From positions 7,209,941 to 7,273,940 of the forward strand of contig NC_052175.1 in the NCBI RefSeq assembly GCF_902713615.1: DNA of 64,000 bases, in the 5' to 3' direction. The notes beneath the pieces were generated by a model, which ran no database searches, was not told where the DNA came from, and saw only the letters and a list, made by a program, of their open reading frames with translations. Positions within the stretch are counted from its first letter, which is position 1. The number at the start of each line of letters is the position of its first letter. Source of the DNA: Scyliorhinus canicula. Taxonomy: Eukaryota. A program made the translations under genes and the position numbers. Of this stretch, positions 1 through 11,100 are shown piece by piece.

Positions 1-2045
1 TAACCAATCCTCTATCCATGCTACTACTTTACCCTTAATGCCATGCATCTTTATCTTCTGCAGCAACCTTTTGTGGGGCACCTTGTCAAAGGCTTTCTGG
101 AAATCCAGATATACCACATCCATCGGCTCCCCGTTATCTACTGCACTGGTAATGTCCTCAAAAAATTCCACTAAATTAGTTAGGCACGACCTGCCTTTTA
201 CGAACCCATGCTGCGTCTGCCCAATGGGACAATTTCTATCCAGATGCCTCGCAATTTCTTCCTTGATGATAGATTCCAGCATCTTCCCTATTACCGAAGT
301 TAAACTCACTGGCCTATAATTTCCTGCTTTCTGCCTACCTCCTTTTTTAAACAGTGGCGTCACGTTTGCTAATTTCCAATCCACCGGGACCACCCCAGAG
401 TCTAGTGATTTCGGTAAATTATCACTAGTGCATCTGCAATTTCCCTAGCCATCTCTTTTAGCACTCTGGGATGCATTCCATCAGGGCCAGGAGACTTGTC
501 TACCTTTAGCCCCATTAGCTTGCCCATCACTCCCTCCTTAGTGATAACAATCGTCTCAAGGTCCTCACCTGTCATAGCCTCATTTCTATCAGTCACTGGC
601 ATGTTATTTGTGTCTTCCACTGTGAAGACCGACCCAAAAAACCTGTTCAGTTCCTCAGCCAATTCCTCATTTCCCATTATTAAAACTCCCTTCTCATCCT
701 CTAAAGGACCAATATTTACCTTAGCCACTCTTTTTTGTCTTATATATTTGTAAAAACTTTTACTGTCTGTTTTTATATTCTGGGCAAGTTTACTCTCATA
801 CTCTATCTTACTCTTCTTTATAGCTTTTTTAGTAGCTTTCTGTTGCCCCCTAAAGATTTCCCAGTCCTCTAATCTCCCAGCAATCTTTGCCACTTTATAT
901 GCTTTTTCCTTCAATTTGATACTCTCCCTTATTTCCTTAGATATCCACGGTCGATTTTCCCTCTTTCTTCCGTCCTTCCTTTTTGTTGGTATAAACCTTT
1001 GCAGAGCACTGTGAAAAATCGCTTGGAAGGTTCTCCACTGTTCCTCAACTGTTCCACCATAAAGTCTTAGCTCCCAGTCTACCTTAGCTAGTTCTCTCAT
1101 CCCCTTGTAATCTCCTTTGTTTAAACACAAAACACTAGTATTTGATTTTACTTTCTCACCCTCCATCTGTATTTTAAATTCCACCATATTGTGATCGCTC
1201 CTTCCGAGAGGATCCCTAACTATGAGATCATGAATCAATCCTGTCTCATTACACAGGACAAGATCTAGGACCGCTTATTCCCTCGTAGGTTCCATTACAT
1301 ACTGTTCTAGGAAACTATCGCGGATACATTCTATAAACTCCTCCTCACGGTTGCCTTGACCGACCTGGTTAAACCAATCGACATGTAGATTAAAATCCCC
1401 CATGATAACTGCTGTACCATTTCTACATGCATCAGTTATTTCTTTGTTTATTGCCTGCCCCACCATCTCGTTACTATTTGGTGGCCGATAGACTACTCCT
1501 ATCAGTGACTTTTTCGCCTTACTATTCCTGATTTCCACCCAAATCGATTCAACCTTATCCTCCATAGCACCGATGTCATCCCTTACTATTGCCCGGATGT
1601 CATCCTTAAATAACAGAGCAACACCACCTCCCTTACCATCCACTCTGTCCTTCCGAATAGTTTGATACCCTCGGATATTTAACTCCCAGTCGTGACCATC
1701 CTTTAACCATGTTTCAGTAATGGCCACTAAATCATAGTCCTTCACGATGATTTGTGCCACCAACTCATTTACTTTATTCCGAACACTACGAGCATTCAGG
1801 TAAAGTACACTTATGTTGGTTTTTTTACCTCTGCTTTGAATCTTAACATCTCCAGTTTTATTCCTTTTGTTATTACTGGGCCTATTCACTGTGCTCCCCT
1901 CAGTCACTGTACCTTGTACTGTCGCCCTTATTGGTTTCTGACTATGTCTTCTCTGCCTTGCACTTTCCCCCTTACTTCCTTCTGTTTCTGTCCCTGTTTT
2001 ACTACCTTCCAACTTCCAGCATTGGTTCCCATCCCCCTGCCACAT
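1..2045 (-). pseudogene. CR1 family A ORF2 (APE plus start of RT), interrupted
   Basis: ORF pieces 1275-2045 and 402-1238. Premature TAA at about 1275, where copy 2 has CAA. Further frameshift near 400. Confidence 0.9.
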
Positions 2046-2992
2046 TAGTTTAAACCCTCCCCAACAGCTCTAGAAAACACCCCCCCTAGGATATCGGTTC
2101 CAGTCCTGCCCAAGTGCAGACCGTCCGGTTTGTACTGGTCCCACCTCCCCCAGAACCGGTCCCAATGCCCCAGGAATTTGAATCCCTCCCTCTTGCACCA
2201 TCTCTCGAGCCACGCATTCATCCTATCTATCCTGACATTCCTACTCTGACTAGCTCGTGGCACTGGTAGCAATCCTGAGATTATTACCTTTGAGGTCCTA
2301 CTTTTTAGTTTAACTCCTAAATCCCTGAATTCCGCTTGTAGGACCTCATCCCGTTTTTTACCTATATCGTTGGTGCCTATGTGCACCACGACAGCTGGCT
2401 GTTCACCCTCCCCCCCTAGAATGTCCTGCAGCCGCTCCGAGACATCCTTGACCCTTGCACCAGGGAGGCAACATACCATCCTGGAGTCTCGATTGCGTCC
2501 ACAGAACCGCCTGTCTATTCCCCTTACGATCGAGTCCCCTATCACTATAGCCCTGCCATTTTTCTTCCTGCCCTGCTGTGCAGCAGAGCCAGCCACGGTG
2601 CCATGAACCTGGCTGCTGCTGCCTTCCCCTGGTGAGCCATCTCCCTCAACAGTATCCAAAGCGGTATATCTGTTTTGCAGGGAGATGACCGCAGGGGACA
2701 CCTGCACTGCCTTCCTACTCTTGCTCTTTCTTTTGGTCACCCATTTTCTATCTCCCTCAGTAACCTTCACCTGCGGTGTGACCAACTCGCTAAACGTGCT
2801 ATCCACGATCTCCTCAGCATCGCGGATGCTCCAAAGTGAGTCCATCCGCAGCTCCAGAGCCGTCAAGCGGTCTAACAAGAGCTGCAACTGAACACACTTC
2901 TTGCACGTGAAGGAGCCAGGGACAGTGGACGTGTCCCTGAGCTCCCACATCGCACACGAGGAGCATGACACGGGTCTGGGAACTCCTGCCAT
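2045..2992 (-). CDS. CR1 ORF1p (CxxC...CxxC zinc finger, leucine zipper, SGNH esterase), 315 aa, intact
   Basis: CSSC and CKKC pairs, LQLLLDRLTALELRMDSL heptads, then GDS, HIGTND and DGLH esterase blocks. Confidence 0.9.
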   Translation of the reverse strand: MAGVPRPVSCSSCAMWELRDTSTVPGSFTCKKCVQLQLLLDRLTALELRMDSLWSIRDAEEIVDSTFSELVTPQVKVTEGDRKWVTKRKSKSRKAVQVSPAVISLQNRYTALDTVEGDGSPGEGSSSQVHGTVAGSAAQQGRKKNGRAIVIGDSIVRGIDRRFCGRNRDSRMVCCLPGARVKDVSERLQDILGGEGEQPAVVVHIGTNDIGKKRDEVLQAEFRDLGVKLKSRTSKVIISGLLPVPRASQSRNVRIDRMNAWLERWCKREGFKFLGHWDRFWGRWDQYKPDGLHLGRTGTDILGGVFSRAVGEGLN

Positions 2993-3130
2993 GTCTTAAA
3001 CCCTTGGTAAACTTAAACAACTACAATTTCAAAATAAAAATAAGTAAATTAGACAATGAAAAGAAAAAGAGAGACTACTTACCAGTCACTTACCAGGGTT
3101 AAAGAGCACCTCCTCACACTCTGCACCGAA

Positions 3131-3886
3131 TTACCTCACTGCACCAAATTACCAAATTTGAATCCTCCACTCTGTACGAGTCTCACTCCGGATGAGTCTC
3201 CTGGAAAGTGCTTGCTTACTTTGTGCGCAGTCTCTCTGACTTTTATACAGACCTCAGCTAACCGATGACTCAAAAAAATACCTTAACTTCAAAGAGAAGA
3301 ATACAATGTGCCCCTAAACAGGCCTCAACAGGCCTCAGGTGATTGATAGATAACTGCCTCTCAGCAATTAGGGTGGGGGCAGCTTCAACCAATCAGACAC
3401 TAAGCTCCACACTGCACTTTTAACTGAAAAACAGCAGAATTAGATTTTCCACTTACCTTTGCTGATTTACCTCACTGCACCAAATTACCAAATTTCAATC
3501 CTCCACTCTGTACGAGTCTCACTCCGGATGAGTCTCCTGGAAAGTGCGTGCTTACTTTGTGCGCAGTCTCTCTGTCTTTTATACAGACCTCAGCTAACCG
3601 ATGACTCAAAAAAATACCTTAACTTCAAAGAGAAGAATACAATGTGCCCCTAAACAGGCCTCAACAGGCCTCAGGTGATTGATAGATAACTGCCTCTCAG
3701 CAATTATGGTGGGGGCAGCTTCAACCAATCAGACACTAAGCTCCACACTGCACTTTTAACTGAAAAACAGCAGAATTAGATTTTCCACTTACCTTTGCTG
3801 ATTTACCTCACTGCACCAAATTACCAAATTTCAATCCTCCACTCTGTACGAGTCTCACTCCGGATGTGTCTCCTGGAAAGTGCTTG
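3131..3886 (-). repeat. Tandem 336-bp monomers (about 2.25 units) in the CR1 5' UTR
   Basis: aatcctccactctgtacgag recurs at 3161, 3497 and 3833 (period 336). Each full unit contains ccaatcag. Confidence 0.92.
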
Positions 3887-4778
3887 ACATTGATAGATTA
3901 CAACAAGATCGGTGGCATAGTCGACAGTGAAGAAGATCATCAAGGATAGGATCTTGATCAATAGGGCCAGTGGTCTTAAGAATTACAGTTTGAGTTTAGA
4001 TAATTATGAGGTGTTGTATTTTGGTAAATCGAATCGGGACAGGGCCTACTCTGTTAATAGTACGGTCTTAGGGAGAGTTGTCGAACAAATAAATCTGTAA
4101 GAACATGGTCATATCTCCTTGAACGTAGAGTCTCGGGAGTGCAGAGTGGTGAGGAAGGCATTCGGCATACTTGGTTTCATTAGTCAGAACATTTCATAAT
4201 TGAGTTGGGACGTTTTGCTGAAGTTGTCGAAGACTTTTGTAATGCCACACTTGGAATAATGTGCACAGTTCTGGTCACACCATTATCGAAATAATCTTTT
4301 AAACTAGAGAGAGTGCAGAAACCAATTACTAAGATACTACCGGGACTTGATGGTTGGAGTTAGGAGGGGAGGATGGACAGACGTGGACTTTTTCCCTGCA
4401 GCGCAAGAGTCTTTGGGGTGAACTTATAGAGGTCTGTAAAATTAATCAGGGGCATAGAGAAGGTAGATTGTAAAAATATTTTCCCAAATGTAGGGGATTC
4501 TAATACTGGAGGGCATAGGTTTAACGTGAGAGGGGAGGGATACAAAGGGTCCAGAGGGTGGTGGGTGTCTGGAAAGAGCTTCCAGAGGCAGTAGTAGAGG
4601 TCGGTACACATTTGTCTTGTAAACGCATTTCGATAGTTCAATGGCAAATTGGGTTGTAGTGGGATATGGACCAAATGCGGGCAATGGGACTAGTTGATTG
4701 GGAAAAACTGGAATGGGCATGGTTAAGTTGGACCGAAGGGCCAGTTTCAATGCTGTAAACCTCGATGACTCTATAATC
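3887..4778 (+). mobile_element. Old CR1 3' fragment (RT C-terminus to 3' UTR)
   Basis: Degenerate similarity to the 3' part of the intact ORF2 at 8866-11769, with many stops. Confidence 0.75.
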
Positions 4779-4903
4779 AATGAGTGGGCTAATTCGCAGT
4801 TGCACTGTTCTATGGTTTTGATGAACGCTTGCAATTCGGAACGATATGAAATGCCTTTTTAAGATTTTTGGATGTTAATGTTTAATATTTTTCTTAGTTT
4901 CAG

Positions 4904-4978
4904 GGCGGACCTCTCTACGCTTCTCTGGATATTGCCGCATTGGAATTGAGATCACAAACGAAGGCGGGACGCAGATAA
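4904..4978 (+). CDS. Terminal cytoplasmic exon of an upstream receptor gene (GGPLYASLDIAALELRSQTKAGRR*)
   Basis: Acceptor ttcttagtttcag ends at 4903. Phase-0 frame contains YASL. AATAAA at 5050-5055. Clear paralog at 19299-19450. Confidence 0.6.
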   Translation, partial: GGPLYASLDIAALELRSQTKAGRR

Positions 4979-5879
4979 GAATCCCATTGATTTCCCTCAG
5001 ATAGATTATGGAGGAAACAGGATGTTTCTACCAGTCCGCAGCCTTTAGCAATAAATCGTGTATCTAATGAGACTCACATCAAACAGTTAAACTGTCCCCA
5101 TATATCTGGCGAAAAATGTTGTTGAGTGTAATTTATTGGTTTTAGTTACCGTTTGCGATATTCCACTGTAACCGGTGCCAATCATGTGTGAAGGATACAT
5201 TGAGTAAATATTGGGACTTTACTGAGTTGTTCAGAAAACCTTCTAGTAATTTTGTAGCTCCATTACTGCCTGGAATTTTAATTATTTGCAAACGTAGCCA
5301 TATAAATAAATAATGCTACCTTTAGAACGATGATTTGTATTACTCAATAGTCGACTTCTTAAATGTGATCGATATCAAATTGCGATATCTGTTGAATTGT
5401 CAATCTCAATACTGGATTTTGATGATGTGAGTGTTGGCCTTAAAATTCTGAAATATGCAATATCGAATCATTTATAGATTTTAAATGCAATCTGAGATGG
5501 ATACGGGCCGCAATGTCTGAAAATTCTGATGCTTCCACCTGACATTTACGTTATGGATTATATGAAATGTTAACCCTACATGTCAGAGCAAAATGCGCCA
5601 TCGAAATACGCGAGTTTACCGATCTCGATTACTTTCCCCATAAACATTAGGTGATCATGGTCCTGAAATATGATTGTTTTTTGCGGGATTACTGGCTATA
5701 TGCATCTCAAAACCATGCCATTCCAATGCAAGCTTAAAGTCTCTTCTCAGTTCTGGGAATATTAGAAAAGTAAAATTAAAGGAGATGATATGAGTACAGG
5801 TTCGTGAGGCCGATGGTACCCGAAAAAAAGGTGAAAGACAAACGGTTAAAAATCTTTCTGTCACAATTAGTTATCACAC

Positions 5880-6330
5880 AGGAAGGACATTTGACAATAG
5901 GGCTTTTTAAGAGCTTTAAATCTAAATTCACGAAGCATTCTTAACAAAATGAATGAGTTAACGACACAAATAGGCACACAAGGCCTATGATTTGGAGGCG
6001 ATGTAACATATATGGTCTTATGGAAGGCGCTTCATAACGTGCCAGACAGAAGGTTAATACACAAGGTTAGACCACATGTGGTAAGGGGTAATTTATTAGT
6101 TTGGATAGAAGACTGGCTGACGGAAAGATGACAGTGAGTCGGGATAAATTTGTCTATTCAGGATTGCAAGATGTAATTAATTGTGTACCACAGGGTTCAG
6201 TACTTAGACTGCATTTATTTACAATCTGTATTAACAACTTAAATACAGGACTAGGAGGTTGTACAGGCGAATTTGCAGACGTCATTGAAATAGGTGAGAT
6301 AGTAATTTGCAGTGAGGAAATACCTAGAAC
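5880..6330 (+). mobile_element. Mosaic of short degenerate CR1 ORF2 fragments
   Basis: APE-like start near 5925-6000 and RT motifs VPQGSVL and FAD near 6180-6290. Confidence 0.6.
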
Positions 6331-6335
6331 ATAGA

Positions 6336-8190
6336 ATGGTCTACATCTGAACCTGAGGGGCACCAATATCCTGGGGGGGGGGGGATTTGTTAGTTCTCTT
6401 TGGGGGGAGGGTTAAACAAATTCAGCAGGGGCATTTGAACCTGGATTGTAGTTTTGGGTAACGGCAGATTGAGAGTATAGAGGTCAGGAGCACAGATTTG
6501 ACTTTGCAGGAGGGTGCCAGTCTTCAGGTAGGTGGTTTGAAGTGTGCCTACTTCAATGCCAGGAGTATACGAAATAAGGCAGGGGAACTGGCAGCATGGG
6601 TTGGTACCTGGGACTTCGATGTTGTGGCCATTTCAGAGACATGGATAGAGCAGGGACAGGAATGGTTGTTGCAGGTTCCGGGGTTTAGGTGTTTTAGTAA
6701 GCTCAGAGAAGGGGGCAAAATAGGGGGAGGTACAGCGCTGCTAGTCAAGGACAGTATTACGGTGGCGGAAAGGATGCTAGATGGAGACTCTTCTTCCGAG
6801 GTAGTATTGGCTGAGGTTAGAAACAGGAAAGGAGAGGTCACCCTGCTGGGAGTTTTCTATAGGCCACCTAATAGTTCTAGGGATGTAGAGGAAAGGATGG
6901 CGAAGATGATTCTGGAAAAGAGCGAAAGTAACAGGGTAGTTGTTATGGGAGACTTTAACTTTCCAAATATTGACTGGAAAAAATATAGTTCGAGTGCATT
7001 AGATGGGTCGTTCTTTGTACAATGTGTGCAGGAGGGTTTCCTGACACAATATGTTGACAGGCCAACAAGAGGTGAGGCCACATTGGATTTGGTTTTGGGT
7101 AATGAACCGGGCCAGGTGTTAGATCTGGAGGTAGGTGAGCACTTTGGAAACAGTGACCACAATTCGGTGACCTTTACATTAGTGATGGAAAGGGATAAGT
7201 ATACCCCGTAGGGCAGGAGTTATAGCTGGGGTAAGGGTAATTATGATGCCATGAGACATGACTTAGGATGTGTATGTTGGAGAAGTAGGCTGCAAGGGTT
7301 GGGCACACTGGATATGTGGAGCTTGTTCAAGGAACAGCTATTGCGTGTTCTTGATAAGTATCTACCAGTCAGGCAGGGACGAAGGGGTAGAGCGAGGGAA
7401 CCGTGGTTTACCAAAGAAGTGGAATTTCTTGTTAAGAGGGAGAAGGATGCCTATGTGAAGATGAGGCGTGAAGTTTCAGTTGGGGTGCTTGATAGTTACA
7501 AGGAAGCGAGGAAGGATCTAAAGAGAGAGCTGAGACGAGCAAGGAGGGGACATGAGAAGTCTTTGGCAGGTAGGATCAAGGAAAACCCAAAAGCTTTCTA
7601 TAGGTATGTCAGGAATAAAAGAATGACTAGGGTAAGAGTAGGGCCAGTCAAGGACAGTGGTGGGAAGTTGTGTGCGGAGGCTGAGGAGATAAGCGAGATA
7701 CTAAATGAATACTTTTTGTCAGTATTCACTCAGGAAAAAGATAATGTTGTGGAGGAGAATGCTGAGACCCAGGCTATTAGAATAGATGGCATTGAGGTGC
7801 GTAGGGAAGAAGTGTTGCCAATTCTGGACAAGGTGAAAATAGATAAGTTCCCGGGGCCTGATGGGATTTATCCTAGGATTCTCTGGGAAACCAGGGAAGA
7901 GATTGCTGAGCCTTGGCTTTGATTTTTATGTCATCATTGGCTACATGAATAGTGCCAGAGGACTAGAGGGTAGCAAATGTGGTCGCTTTATTTAAGAAGG
8001 GGAGTAGAGATAACCCTGGTAACTATAGGCCAGTGTGCCTCACGTCTGTTGTGGGTAAAGTCTTGGAGAGGATTATAAGAGATACGATTTATAATCATCT
8101 AGACAAGAATAATATGATTAGAGTTAGTCAGCATGGTTTTGAAGGGTAGGTCATGCCTCACAAACCTTATCGAGTTCTTTGAGAAGGTGA
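6336..8190 (+). mobile_element. CR1 family B, older host copy, left part (ORF1 end, APE, start of RT)
   Basis: Colinear with 8803-10658. Stop at 7209-7211. Ends at ttctttgagaaggtga. Confidence 0.9.
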
Positions 8191-11100
8191 GTCCCTGTAA
8201 GAGGGACTGGGAAGAAGCAGTCAGTGCAGGGACCCCCTGCGGTCGTTCCCCTGAGTAACATGTATACCGTTTTGGATACTTGTGGGGGGGACGACTTACC
8301 AGGGGTAAGCCATGGGGTACGGGCCTTTGGCACGGAGTCTGTCCCTGTTGCTCAGAAGGGAAGGGGGGAAAGGAGTAGAACATTAGTAATTGGGGACTCA
8401 ATAGTCAGGGGCACAGATAGGAGATTTTGTGGGAGCGAGAGAGACTCACGTTTGGTATGTTGCCTCCCAGGTGCAAGGGTACGTGATGTCTCGGATCGTG
8501 TTTTCCGGGTCCTTAAGGGGGAGGGGGAGCAGCCCCAAGTCGTAGTCCACATTGGAACTAACGACATAGGTAGGAAAGGGGACAAGGATGTCAGGCAGGC
8601 CTTTAGGGAGCTAGGATGGAAGCTCAGAGCGAGAACACAGAGTTGTTATCTCTGGGTTGTTGCCCGTGCCACGTGATAGTGAGATGAGGAATAGGGAGAG
8701 AGAGCAATTAAACACGTGGCTACAGGGATGGTGCAGGCGGGAGGGATTCAGATTTCTGGATAACTGGGGCTCTTTCTGGGGAAGGTGGGACCTCTATAGA
8801 CAGGATGGTCTACATCTGAACCTGAGGGGCACCAATATCCTAGGGGGGAGATTTGTTAGTGCTCTTTGGGGGGGTTTAAACTAATTCTGCAGGGGCATGG
8901 GAACCTGGATTTTAGTTTCGGGGTACGGGAGATTGAGAGTATAGAGGTCAGGAGCACAGATTTGACTTCGCAGGAGGGTGCCAGTGTTCAGGTAGGTGGT
9001 TTGAAGTGTGTCTACTTCAATGCCAGGAGTATACGAAATAAGGTAGGGGAACTGGCAGCATGGGTTGGTACCTGGGACTTCGATGTTGTGGCCATTTCAG
9101 AGACATGGATAGAGCAGGGACAGGAATGGTTGTTGCAGGGTCCGGGGTTTAGGTGTTTTAGTAAGTTCAGAGAAGGGGGCAAAAGAGGGGGAGGTGTGGC
9201 GCTGCTAGTCAAGGACAGTATTACGGTGGCGGAAAGGATGCTAGATGGGGACTCTTCTTCTGAGGTAGTATGGGCTGAGGTTAGAAACAGGAAAGGAGAG
9301 GTCACCCTGTTGGGAGTTTTCTATAGGCCACCTAATAGTTCTAGGGATGTAGAGGAAAGGATGGCGAAGATGATTCTGGAAAAGAGCGAAAGTAACAGGG
9401 TAGTTGTTATGGGAGACTTTAACTTTCCAAATATTGACTGGAAAAGATATAGTTCGAGTACATTAGATGGGTCATTCTTTGTACAATGTGTGCAGGAGGG
9501 TTTCCTGACACAATATGTTGACAGGCCAACAAGAGGCGAGGCCACATTGGATTTGGTTTTGGGTAATGAACCAGGCCAGGTGTTAGATCTGGAGGTAGGT
9601 GAGCACTTTGGAAACAGTGACCACAATTCGGTGACCTTTACGTTAGTGATGGAAAGGGATAAGTATACCCCGCAGGGCAAGAGTTATAGCTGGGGGAAGG
9701 GCAATTATGATGCCATTAGACATGACTTAGGATGTGTTAGTTGGACAAGTAGGCTGCAAGGGTTGGGCACACTGGATATGTGGAGCTTGTTCAAGGAACA
9801 GCTATTGCATGTTCTTGATAAGTACGTACCAGTCAGGCAGGGAGGAAGGGGTCGAGCGAGGGAACCGTGGTTTACCAAAGAAGTGGAAACTCTTGTTAAG
9901 AGGAAGAAGGAGGCCTATGTGAAGATGAGGCGTGAGGTTTCAGTTGGGGCGCTTGATAGTTACAAGGAAGCGAGGAAGGATCTAAAGAGAGAGCTGAGAC
10001 GAGCAAGGAGGGGACATGAGAAATCTTTGGCAGGTAGGATCAAGGAAACCCCAAAAGCTTTCTATAGGTATGTCAGGAATAAAAGAATGACTAAGGTAAG
10101 AGTAGGGCCAGTCAAGGACAGTGGTGGGAAGTTGTGTGTGGAGGCTGAGGAGATAAGCGAGATACTAAATGAATGCTTTTCGTCAGTATTCACTCAAGAA
10201 AAAGATAATATTGTGGAGGAGAATGCTGAGACCCAGGCTATTAGAATAGATGGCATTGAGGTGCGTAGGGAAGAAGTGTTGGCAATTCTGGACAAGGTGA
10301 AAATAGATAAATCCCCGGGGCCGGATGGGATGTATCCTAGGATTCTCTGGGAAGCCAGGGAAGAGATTGCTGAGCCTTTGGCTTTGATTTTTAGGTCATC
10401 ATTGGCTACAGGAATAGTGCCAGAGGACTGGAGGATAGCAAATGTGGTCCCTTTGTTCAAGAAGGGGAGTAGAGATAACCCCGGTAACTATAGGCCGGTG
10501 AGCCTAACGTCTGTGGTGGGTAAAGTCTTGGAGAGGATTATAAAAGATACGATTTATAATCATCTAGATAGGAATAATATGATTAGGGACAGTCAGCATG
10601 GTTTTGTGAAGGGTAGGTCATGCCTCACAAACCTTATCGAGTTCTTTGAGAAGGTGACTGAACAGGTAGATGAGGGTAGAGCAGTTGATGTGGTGTATAT
10701 GGATTTCAGTAAAGCGTTTGATAAGGTTCCCCACGGTCGGCTATTGCAGAAAATACAGAGGCTGGGGATTGAGGGTGATTTAGAGATGTGGATCAGAAAT
10801 TGGCTAGTTGAAAGAAGACAGAGAGTGGTAGTTGATGGGAAATGTTCAGAATGGAGTTCAGTTACGAGTGGCGTACCACAAGGATCTGTTCTGGGGCCGT
10901 TGCTGTTTGTCATTTTTATAAATGACCTAGAGGAGGGCGCAGAAGGATGGGTGAGTAAATTTGCAGACGACACTAAAGTCGGTGGAGTTGTAGACAGTGC
11001 GGAAGGATGTGGCAGATTACAGAGGGACATAGATAAGCTGCAGAGCTGGGCTGAGAGGTGGCAAATGGAGTTTAATGTGGAGAAGTGTGAGGTGATTCAC

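Larger units (their letters stand above)
1..3886 (-). mobile_element. CR1 LINE, family A, copy 1: 5' monomers, ORF1 and 5' half of ORF2; continues past the window start
   Basis: Minus-strand ORF1 with SGNH esterase motifs, followed by APE (NARS, AITETW, GDFN) and the start of RT. Near-identical to 38303-43252. Confidence 0.95.

Noticed and set aside
10593-11030. Recurring antisense ORFs (also 38-319, 39440-39721, 55753-56034, 9012-9305)
   Set aside because: These are shadow frames on the opposite strand of conserved CR1 ORF2 codons. They recur only because the element recurs.
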